A stretch of 61,633 bases of DNA, filler included, from Ionaspis alba (taxonomy: Eukaryota): the NCBI GenBank assembly GCA_964255285.1. It is 3 parts of 3 records of this genome, joined end to end, with 100 filler letters (N's around TTAATTAATTAA, not from the genome) between each part and the next. Parts side by side here need not be neighbours in the genome. Positions count along the whole stretch, not along the records: positions 1 to 20,506 come from CAXUUL010000244.1; positions 20,607 to 41,109 come from CAXUUL010000245.1; 1 more part is not named here. One strand, given 5' to 3'. The position numbers and the translations under genes are program-made. Shown piece by piece: positions 12,676-22,546 of this stretch (the first letter of the stretch is position 1; the number at the start of each line of letters is the position of its first letter). The notes under the pieces are model-generated. The model was not told the DNA's origin. It searched no databases and worked only from the letters and a program-made list of their open reading frames with translations.

Positions 12676-15584
12676 TCAACGCCCCTGCTTGACAACCTCA
12701 TCGAGGAATCCCAACAAGAATTTCTTGTCTACTGGCGACGCCTTAGGCGTCTGCCGTCCACTGCTCAACCTCCCATCCCCAATCGTGGAGTTGAAACTCC
12801 CGATCCCAAACCTTGACGCGTCTAGTGGTGAAGGTAATATGCTCGCCTGGCGCGAAGGCATGACTGACATAGGACTCACCGGAGCTTGTGTCTGGATCGG
12901 ATAAAGTGCTACCGGGCTGGTCTTATTGAATAAAGACAAAAGAGCGTTCTTCTGCTCTTGTGTCTGGCTTGGGCGTCGGTCGACTGCAGAGCCATTGTTG
13001 ATCACAGGTCTAGGAGACTCGTATCTTGGCGGTGTAGCTTGGTATGGTGATTCTTGCTTTACCGGGCGCTGGAGGATCTGAGGATGGAATGGTTTCGGTG
13101 AAGCTTTGGGCTCCGTCTTGATTCGTGGTGATGGTGGGTTTCTCTTTCGCTCCTGAGGTTCTGGTTTTGGAGCTATGTGTTTGCTTGTCTGTGGGGTTTC
13201 CGAAGGGCGATGCGAGCTGGAGGGCCGAGGGAGAATGGTGACAGGAGGTACCGCCGGCTTAGACGAAGCAGTCTCCTTATGCTTCACCCCATTGATCTCG
13301 TTGATCCTCTGTTTAGCCTCCGACGGTCTTTTGAGGATCTTGTCGAATTGAGGCACATTCAACGGCCCAGTGACAGTGGCTGAAACAGAGGCTAGACCGG
13401 CAGGGGGTAAGGGAGCAGAGAAATCAGCGGGCCGCTTCTGTATCGGAACCCGCCCGTTCGACGAAATGTTGGATACCACCTGCTTTGCCGCCTCGGGAAC
13501 CTCAGATGTCACGCGTGAGTGGCTTGGACTTTGCTGTGCGGACAGCTCCACAGGTGCACTTGGTGGTGCTAGTGATGATAGTGGCGTTTGACTGGATTGA
13601 GCTGCTGAAATGGAGGAACTTCGAAACAGGTTGAGCAGTGCTTCCTTTTGAGGGGACTGTGGCTTTGTGACTGCGGGACATCGTATTGTCGATTGTGGCG
13701 GCATCGCCATTGAGGGCATTGCAGGAAAACGCTCCTTCCACCCATGAACACCCTGAGTAGAGCCCGCCATCGTCAACGTTGACACTGCTGATGCAGAAGG
13801 CTCGGTTGCCATAGAATTGAACCTGTCGGGAGTAAATGGCTGCTCCTTCGAAACCGTTGCCAGTGGAGATTTGGCAGCGTTCCCAGATTTGAAGATGTCG
13901 AGTAATGCCGACGAATGGGATGTCAGCTTTGGAGGAGGCAATTTGCTAGCTGGTGGAATCGAGGGCAGCAGATTGCTCGAGGACTTAGAAGCTTGAGCAA
14001 ATTGAGGGTCTCCAGTCCTTTGATAAGGTGCTGGTGCATGAAGATTGTGCTGCGATAGAGGAAATATTTGGAAGGATTTAGGGTGAGAGGGTACATGGGT
14101 GTGCAATTGTGGAGGATGGATTGATGTCGGAACAGCACGTTGAGTTGTCTGAGCCAAATCACGACCTCGGACTTGAGCTGGAGAGAACGGAAACGAAGGA
14201 GGCGGAGAATAAGTCTGCTGCATCGGTGGCAGCCTGGGTGTATGATGTCGAGGTGATGATGGCATTTGAGGCTGACCTATCAACTGATCCATCGGAGTCT
14301 GTGGAGGTTTGGATGAAGAAGGCAATTGATTGGCCTTCTGCGAATTTATGCCACCTCCAGACCGCAAAAGCGAAAGCAATGCATTGCCCTTGACCTGGCG
14401 AGCCTTGGCTGAACTGTCTGTTTGCTCTGTTGCTGGCACTTCAATTAGGGGGTGACTGGGAGAAGTTATACTTGGAACATGGAGCAAGTTTTTGAGCTGA
14501 GTGGAGCGATCTAGATCCCGTTCCAAAGATTGTGAAAGTTCTGGTAGGTCGCTAACGTCTGGTTTTTCTCCCGATTGTCGTAGCTGGGCCATGATTCGAC
14601 TCATGTCGTTAGGTGGTGATGAATCCCCTATCTCACTGTGGCCGGCGTCTTCCTCCACATATGGGGCTGCTGTTTGCGGCATTGGCAATACATGCTTAGG
14701 CTTGTTGGCGCTCATCGCGTCCAGCTTTTTCTGCTGAGAAATCCACTTCTTGAGCGGGACCAGGAACGGTGCGACCATATAGAACTTGTTTGCGTTGACT
14801 GCCAAATCTTCACCTCGACCTCCTTGCTGTTGTTGCTTTATTTTCTTCAAAGTGGGAAGCTCCGAAAGCTTGTACCATTGAATTTTGCTGATCTCTTTCC
14901 TTGTTCGAGGCTCAAAGTAGGTGTCCATCGGTACTCCTCTGAATACATATAACCTCATGTGTTGCTCCCTCATTGTGACTTCGATAAACTTAGCGTCCTC
15001 TTCCGGCCCAACCAAGCCTGCTTCCTGAATATCAAAGCCAGTCTCTTCGTAAACCTCTCTAGCTGCACAGTCAATATCCTTTTCGTCCTTGTTGATTTTG
15101 CCCCGGGGAAAACTCCAATTGGCATTTTTCTTCCATCCCTTAACTAGTACCACCGCATCCATTGCTTCGTTCAACATAATCGCTCCCCGTACTGGTACAC
15201 GTGTCTTGTAGGCTAGAAATTCCGAGAACGCCGTTGAATGATGAGATGCAGAGAAACCGGAAAGTAAAGGACAGTGTTGAAAAATCTTTAGGCAGAATTG
15301 GCGAAGGTTGAGTGAAGGGAGATTAGGGTCCAGAGGGCGGACGAAGTCCTCGTAGAACCATTGTGCTTCTTCGACTTGGAAGCATATTCGCTCAACGGAT
15401 TCTAGTTCTTCCGTTGGTAGATTGACAATAAAGCGCACGCACAAATCATCCAGCCCTTGACTTGATGGTTAGTGCAAGTGTTGGATAGTTCAGTAGATGT
15501 GCTTGAGGCTCTCGCGACCGCACAGCTGCCAATTGTCCGAGAGCAAGACTCACAATCGACTAGCTGCATCTTTGTCTCTGTCAT
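12676..15584 (-). CDS. DCP2: mRNA decapping enzyme catalytic subunit (Box A plus Nudix domain, long disordered tail)
   Basis: MTETKMQLVD|WLDDLCVRFIVNLP...ERICFQVEEAQWFYEDF. Nudix box FPRGKINKDEKDIDCAAREVYEETG. Confidence 0.96.
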
Positions 15585-16363
15585 CTTGGTCTGGCTGCTT
15601 GTGCATCTCTACCCCTTGTCCTGTGATCAGAGGGCGACGTGTACAGTGCAAGCGCGTGTAGCCCTTAGGACTAGACAGGCTAGGGATATGTGGCGTCAAA
15701 ATTGCATGGCTAACAGCGAAGTACAAATGTAGATTGTGGTGAACAGTTAAGGATTGGACTGTTCTAGGTCTTCAGGAGCTGACGAAGCGACAAGAGATCT
15801 TCAGCTTTGCCAGACTGGTGTGTTTGCGTGAATGGTTGAATGAACAAGGATTGTGGTCGTCGGTCGTCTATCTATGCACAGCCTCGTACAGCCACAGGTG
15901 TGGCGTTGGAGCAGGCTAAACGCCAGCATCATTTGAAGATCCCTGCTCGGTGACGTTGCCATGTTTAAGCTCCAGCGACTCAGGATGCGACTTGCACAAT
16001 TCAAGGAATGTTCTGCAACAATCTGTCGGGTAAAGTAAATATAAACTGTTTGACCCATCCCTAACGATTAAAAAGATCGCACTCACGTATGGCCGCCGTC
16101 AGTGAATCCTGAATTGGCTCAGCGACACGCTCACGTCTATGTTTCATCTTCGTTGAAATTCTGAGTCCGCATCCGGCCGTCTCTGAGGAATACATATCTA
16201 CGACTCACGTCACCAAAGAGTTTGTCTTCAAATAAACATCACAACTCAACTGCGACTTTCAACTCTTCTCGAACATCACAAACCCACGCAAAACAAGCTC
16301 TTCCACCCTCTGCGACAGCAACCCTCATCGACTACTCTTTGATATCACTACACCTCCATCATC

Positions 16364-17270
16364 ATGGCAGGTTACCTAGCAAAGACCATCAGCAAGAAGG
16401 TGATGAAAGAGAACATGTCCAACAAGTTTGGCAGAGATGTGAGCCTTATTATCAGCACAACTATGAAGACACTAGACACTAATATGCAATGCAGGATCCA
16501 TATTTCGACTACAAGCCAGGTCTTGATTCGAAAGGCAACCCGACTGGGAAGATGATAAAATCGAAGAAACCAATCCCCGATGGGCTCTCCAAGCACGATG
16601 CGGAAATCCTCAAGAAAGTCACACGGCGAGCGTACCGACTGGACAACTGTTTCAACTTCTGCGGGATCAAAGTTGGCTGGAGCAGCGTCATTGGTCTCGT
16701 TCCAGCGTAAGTCTTTTCAACTCATTCACCATGCGCCCGCTCGAGAAACTAACCCGCATGTACAGATTCGGCGACTTCATCGACATATTCATGGCTCTAA
16801 TGGTCATGAACACAGCCAAGAAAGCCAATCTCGACGCCAAAACCCTATCCCAAATGTCCTTCAACATCGTGCTCGATTTCTTCCTCGGTCTGGTCCCCGT
16901 CCTCGGCGACATCGCAGATGCCTTCTTCCGCGCCAACACTAAGAACGCCGCTCTCCTCCGCAAAGTGCTCGAGGCTCGAGCTGCAGAGAATCTAAAGGCG
17001 GGGAGAATCGCGAGTGGGAGTCGGACCAATACTCCGCCGAGGCCAAGTCGAACGGAGTATGTGCCAGAGGCACGACACGACAATATGGGCCCGCCACCAC
17101 AGTACGAGACTGCCAACAATGTGGCACGACCAGAACCAGCGAAGGTCAACAAGGAGAAGTCTGCAAGTGGAGGATGGCTGGGAAGGTTCGCATCGACTCG
17201 TGCAGATAGAGATCTGGAGCGGGGAGACGTCGCGGCGCCTCCACAACAGCCACCAAGGCCAAAGTACTGA
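16364..17270 (+). CDS. DUF4112-family membrane protein (3 exons)
   Basis: RRAYRLDNCFNFCGIKVGWSSVIGLVP-FGDFID...NIVLDFFLGLVPVLGDIADAFFRANTKNAALL is typical of DUF4112. Confidence 0.85.
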
Positions 17271-17544
17271 TGATCTGGAAGTCGCGTCACTGAGCTGGGT
17301 CTTGGCGCTGTGTGTTTGATGATGGTAAATGGTCTGAGAATGTCGTTACGTTGGGATCATGAAGCGGATCTTTGCATTGTGCTCAATAGTGAGCGATACC
17401 CATGATAGATTCTTGATTTTCTGGCGTTAGGCCCAACTCAACAGCTCTAATACGATTCGGATACCTTCAAGTCCCATGCTTCGTGATCATTCGATTCCTC
17501 CCGCATCTCTAATAACAGTATGACATAGCAAACAAGAACACACC

Positions 17545-18756
17545 TCAAGCCGCCTCCTTAACATACACAAAACTCGCACTATCCCCACACTGAACGCCAC
17601 TAAGCTCCACCCCCTTCGGGACCTCCAACTTCATATCCACCCAGTGCCTCGCGAACTCCGCACCCGGCTGCACCCTCCCCCCATCCTCAGCCTTATCCGT
17701 AATCGCGTGCCTGTTCCCCAATTGCCCGTGATCCCCCTCACCAGTCGAGAACAGCCTGCCATCCTTCGTCAGCACAACCACATGCCCACGTCCCATGTCC
17801 ACATCCGCGATCTGCACTCCGCCGGCAATATTCGTCTTCTGCGCGTTAACAGTGCCAGCCGAGCTGAGGAACTCTGACGGTAAGTCTGCGATGGGCCCAT
17901 CGATGCCTTTCAGACCCCATATGTAGACGTCTCCGCTCGTGGTGAGAGCGGCGCTAATGAAGCCACCGGAGACGATCTTGGTGATGTGTGTGTCGGGAGG
18001 AAGAGCAACGCTATGGATAGAGGTGTCGTAATTAGGGTTGGTCCGCCAGGTGTGAACTTCGTTGGTCTCCGTAAGGACGGTGATGGATTCATCATTGGTA
18101 GCAATTTGGCGGATAGTCGCGTTGAAGGTTTTGGCTTCGGCAGAAGCACTCCGTTGAAGGAATGCCTCGCGGGTGGTGAATTCGGCGACCTTGTTTGGAG
18201 TTCCAGCGGTCATGACCACACGAAGGTCTTTAGACGTAGGTCTCTGGGCGACGGCCAGAGCACGGAATGGTTGATGTGCATCGTCATTTTGAGGAAGCGG
18301 CAGAAGGTGGAGGTTATCGTCGACGACCTTGAGCTCGGCAAGGGCACCGGTAGAGAAGAGAAGGAGATCAGGGAAGTTTTCGGTATTCAGGATGACACCG
18401 ACGACGTGCGAGACCTCCAAATCCGTATGTACGGGGCCATTGGCTTTCAAGATAGTATCTTTGTGTTTTCTCCTTGGATTGTCAGGGTATGGTTCTCCTG
18501 GAACCCGATACTCGAACTCGCCCCAGTAGTGTAATGAGCCGTCGATCAGTATCAGAGTACCGCGATATGCAGACCAGACCACTTTGATTGTGGAAGCACG
18601 CAGCACTTTTTGCAATTCCAGAGGAGCACGGTCACAAAAAGTAGGATTCCATGGTGATGGATGAGCACAAGGGTGTCCGGTTCTGGCACACTCTGGTTCA
18701 AGGTTCAGCTGTTTTGAGTAGTTGAGGCCACAGGCAAAGAGCTCCATGTTGACCAT
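17545..18756 (-). CDS. RCC1/BLIP-II beta-propeller repeat protein (divergent)
   Basis: Intronless 403-aa ORF with MELFACGLNYSKQL, ITKIVSGGFISAALTTSGDVYIWG and IADVDMGRGHVVVLTKDGRLFSTGEGDHGQLG. Confidence 0.82.
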   Translation of the reverse strand: MVNMELFACGLNYSKQLNLEPECARTGHPCAHPSPWNPTFCDRAPLELQKVLRASTIKVVWSAYRGTLILIDGSLHYWGEFEYRVPGEPYPDNPRRKHKDTILKANGPVHTDLEVSHVVGVILNTENFPDLLLFSTGALAELKVVDDNLHLLPLPQNDDAHQPFRALAVAQRPTSKDLRVVMTAGTPNKVAEFTTREAFLQRSASAEAKTFNATIRQIATNDESITVLTETNEVHTWRTNPNYDTSIHSVALPPDTHITKIVSGGFISAALTTSGDVYIWGLKGIDGPIADLPSEFLSSAGTVNAQKTNIAGGVQIADVDMGRGHVVVLTKDGRLFSTGEGDHGQLGNRHAITDKAEDGGRVQPGAEFARHWVDMKLEVPKGVELSGVQCGDSASFVYVKEAA

Positions 18757-19409
18757 TTTTTTCTTTGGTGAGGATATGTTTTATTTCCTGGAATTGGTGT
18801 GATCTTTCTCGCTCTGTAAGACTTGAGGCAAAAGGCTGTAGAATCAAAAGGTGTACATGACAAGGGAAACTTAGCTACGAGTGTGTGATAGCATACTGAT
18901 GAAGGGTGAAGAAGGCTATGTTGCAGGGATTTTTTGTTGGTCCATGGAGGCTGCTGATGTTGTGATCCGCACTTTCTCAAACACAACGTGGTTAGCAGCA
19001 CATGGCTAGGTGAAGCTACCGGCACATTTGTTATTTTTGTGGCACGAAATTGCGAGCCGTATTCTTCTTCATTCAATTGCTTCCATCAAGCAAGGGAAAG
19101 CTTGGATGGCAAAATGTTGGTGTGGTAAGTCCTTAACCGGATGCCGGGTAGAACTATCCGTCGGTAGAGCTTGGGCCACGGGTTTACTCCTACTCCCGGG
19201 ATAGGGCATACTAGCGCAGATCCATGCCAAAAGTTTCGGGTGGGAATGATAGATGACTGATTCCTTGCTTCTATCCTCAAGCTCCAAGGGAAGCAAATGC
19301 TCCCAGCAGGTTGTCTCGTCGAAGCAGGGTATACAACGATCTCAAGAGACAAATCTATGTCTACTCCAACAACGCCTTGAACTAACTCCAGATCGCAAGT
19401 CACTTAGGA

Positions 19410-20506
19410 TCATGCCGGGCACGGTCCTCCATTACCCCTTATAGCAGCCCATCTTTTAGCAAGTGCCCGTACTCCCGTCTTAGTAGCTGCCTCGTCGAAA
19501 CGGGTTTGACCACCTTTCCATGTTCCCTGATTCATGTCCCAGCCAGCTTGATCTGCGTTCTCTTTGAGTTTCTGCATGAATTGCTGCGGGGACCTGACCG
19601 CGGTATTGTAGACTGCAAAGGTCTGGGCACTGCCACCACTGCCACCACTGCCCTTCGGCGTTATCTCGAAATTGATATGAACACCTTTCCATGCACCTTG
19701 GTTGTTAGGATTGTTTTGAGGCTCCCAATCCCAACGCACCTGCGTATCCGTTAGTTGTGAGGTGCTTCTAAGGAGTGCAAAGAATATCATACCTTCCAGT
19801 TGAAGTTGGTATATCTCTGTCCGTTAATTGTTGTCGATGTTCCCCTTGGATTCTCTATATTCCCTTCCAGTCCAGTGAGGTACTTGTTTTTGATTGCATC
19901 GTTTCCGCCAGTGACTCTGTTTGTGATGATCCCGCTTGCTGAGTCGGCGATCTGCTGGCCAGTCCCAATCCTGGAGAGTGCCCATCGCAAAGGGTCTGAT
20001 GCTTGCTGAGATATCTCTCCAACCCGACGGAGAAGTTCATGCGAACTCGAATTGGCTACATCTCTTTCTTCCGGTTCCAGGAGGATCCGTACAATAAGTC
20101 TGCCGTCTGGCTCCTGACGCCGATTCAGCTTCGTCGACTTGACAGAGTTGCCACAGCTATCCGATGGTGTGGGAGTTGCCGTTGACTTATGACTCGTCTT
20201 GGTAGACTTGTGGCTTGTTTTGGTAGACTTGTGACTGGTCTTGCTAGAGGCATGGCTTGTCTTCGTAGGCTTGCTGGTTGTTTTAGTAGACTTATGACTG
20301 GTCTTTGTCGACACATGGCTAGTCTTGCTAGAACGATGGGAGGTTGTACGACTAGCCGATTTGGTATGTGTCGACTTGTGACTCGTCTTGTCGGTCGACT
20401 GGTTTTTCGTTTTGTGATTCTGTGTTTGGCTTGGTTTTGCAGTCTTTCCGTTTCCTCCTCCTCCAGTATTGTCTCCACCACCACCACCACCACCACCGCC
20501 TCCTCC
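19410..20506 (-). CDS. Orphan repeat-rich protein, 5' truncated by the gap: poly-Gly, S/T/K/H heptad repeats, dibasic sites, globular C-terminal domain (possible effector or toxin)
   Basis: The frame is open from the contig edge (GGGGGGGGGGGDNTGGGGNGK...). Intron 19740-19792 (GTATGA...CTAAC...CAG) joins it in frame to VRWDWEP...GPCPA*. Confidence 0.75.
20183..20400 (-). repeat. Degenerate 21-nt tandem coding repeat (consensus KSTKTSH), about 10 units
   Basis: Units such as ttggtagacttgtgactgg and ttggtagacttgtggcttg on the + strand. Translation SSKTSH-VSTKTSH-KSTKTTS-KPTKTSH-ASSKTSH-KSTKTSH-KSTKTSH. Confidence 0.85.
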
Positions 20507-20606
20507 NNNNNNNNNNNNNNNNNNNNNNNNNNNNNNNNNNNNNNNNNNNNTTAATTAATTAANNNNNNNNNNNNNNNNNNNNNNNNNNNNNNNNNNNNNN
20601 NNNNNN
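20507..20606. other. Artificial contig-join spacer N44-TTAATTAATTAA-N44
   Basis: The 12-mer has stop codons in all six frames and is centred in a 100-nt N block. An identical construct lies at 41110-41209. Confidence 0.95.
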
Positions 20607-20757
20607 TCCCTGCAATGGCAGACGACACGACCTTTTCAAGCTCGAGTAAATTTCGTCCAATCCTAATATCAATACCAGTGACCACCACAACGCTACAACA
20701 GCTTCTCGTAAAGTTTGGAGGCTAAAGTGGGAGCAACAACGGTGGAAGCTTCGACTG

Positions 20758-21984
20758 ATGAAAAGATTACCACTTCTACGATGGAGTGGCTCGCTGCTCT
20801 CACCCCGAACGAGACCATGCTGTTGCGCACGCTCTATAATACAAGCATCTTCACGCGCACAATCTACAGCCACAGCCTCTCTGCTCCAAGAATCCGATGA
20901 CACATCCCCCCTACAGCCACCTCCACTATCCCTCTACGACCTCCCTTCACCACCACCGCACCTCGCCTCCAGATCCGCCAAACTTTCTGCCCTGCACGCC
21001 CGACTCTCCCTTCCTCGCCGGTTCCCCCTCGAAACGCTCGCACGATGTCTCATCGACATAACTGCCGACTCCCACCCCTCCTTCAACAATTCCTCCTTGG
21101 CTCTACTCGGTAACGACCTGCTGGGCTACTACACCTCCGAAGAAATCCTCTGCCGGTATCCACGGCTACCCATGACCGTCATATTCGCAACCATGTCAGC
21201 CTACTGCGGGCCCAAAACTCTGACACTCATAACGCGCGAATGGGGTGTCGAGGTTGCCGCAGAGCCCGGCGGGGAGGTCGATCCAGGTCTGTTGCAGTTC
21301 AAGCGCATGATACCCGGGAATGCAGATTTGGATGGAACAGGAGTCATGCAGAAGGAGAAGACAGAGGTCAAAGGTACTTGGAGAGATAAGGTGTGGAATC
21401 GGGGCTTGACGAGCAAGACGGTAGCTGACGACTACTTCGGTGGCGGCACTCCTCGGACTCCGCTGGACTACAAAGAGCGCCCTGAGCTGCAAGCACAGGA
21501 TGCGGCTACGGCGGCGAAGAAAGGGATTACGCTCGAGCAGGCTTGCACAAGCTTTGTGCGCGCTCTGGTCGGGGCTATATACCTGCATGGCGGCAGAGAA
21601 GCGTCGAAGGACTTTTTCAAGGCGCATGTCATGAGTAGGCAATTGGATGTTGGGAAGATGCTTGCATTCCGACAGCCGACGCGGGATCTGTCGCGTCTGT
21701 GTGCTAGAGAGGGCTTTGAGAGCCCGATTGCGAGAATACTGAGCGAGACAGGCCGGATGAGCCGGACGCCGGTGTATGTGGTTGGCGTCTTTAGTGGGAA
21801 GGACAAGTTGGGCGAGGGGCAAGGGGCAAGTCTGGATGAGGCGAGGTTCAGAGCTTCGGTGGAGGCGCTGAAGGGGTGGTACCTGTATAGTCCGATGGAA
21901 GTGAGAGTGCCGAGTGAGGTAGAAGGAGGCTCGAAGAGAGTGTGGGAGCCGGTGCTTATTGATGGTGGGGAGATTATTGTATAA
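20758..21984 (+). CDS. MRPL3: Mitochondrial large-subunit ribosomal protein mL44 (RNase III-like domain plus dsRBD)
   Basis: SAKLSALHARLSLP, NSSLALLGNDLLGYY, FVRALVGAIYLHGG and PTRDLSRLCAREGFESPIARILSETGR. Confidence 0.92.
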   Translation: MKRLPLLRWSGSLLSPRTRPCCCARSIIQASSRAQSTATASLLQESDDTSPLQPPPLSLYDLPSPPPHLASRSAKLSALHARLSLPRRFPLETLARCLIDITADSHPSFNNSSLALLGNDLLGYYTSEEILCRYPRLPMTVIFATMSAYCGPKTLTLITREWGVEVAAEPGGEVDPGLLQFKRMIPGNADLDGTGVMQKEKTEVKGTWRDKVWNRGLTSKTVADDYFGGGTPRTPLDYKERPELQAQDAATAAKKGITLEQACTSFVRALVGAIYLHGGREASKDFFKAHVMSRQLDVGKMLAFRQPTRDLSRLCAREGFESPIARILSETGRMSRTPVYVVGVFSGKDKLGEGQGASLDEARFRASVEALKGWYLYSPMEVRVPSEVEGGSKRVWEPVLIDGGEIIV

Positions 21985-22546
21985 AGTCAGGGCGGATTGT
22001 GCATTTCTTGTGCTATATTTCTATTGGCGAGGAGGGATAAGATAGAGGTTGACAGCGTTGCGCACGGGTCTAAGGGATGATAATATCTCGTTGCATAGCA
22101 CGGGCTGTATGTATTGGGACTGGCGTCTTGACTGTACATTCTACTTTGTATAGAAATGAAAGCAACCCGCCTCTCGACTCAACTCATCTTCCACGAAGTC
22201 TTGTTTGAGTCTTATACCGAGTCTTTGACAAGTTTCAAGTGTCAAGACTAGCTCTTTATTGATAATCTCATGGCAAGTGTAAGTTGCAGACAGACCATCA
22301 CCATAGTCATCAACAATCAATCCATTCATTGATGGTGCCATTCCATTTGGGAGGCTATCTAAAATATACCAGATGCTTTTGGAAGCAAAGCAGTAAGAGT
22401 AAGTCCATGAAAAGCCCCTCTCACCTTTGGAAAAAGTGCCATATGCAGAGTATCATGGACCAGTAAGAGATAGCAAACCACCTCGTCTGTCATAAAAGAA
22501 CATGCTGATGTAGGACTCGAAGGACAACCACATGCCTACAAACACG

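Noticed and set aside
20551..20562. TTAATTAATTAA palindrome (also 41154-41165) as a biological element or target site
   Set aside because: It is exactly centred in 100-nt N blocks twice and is a standard scaffolding linker.
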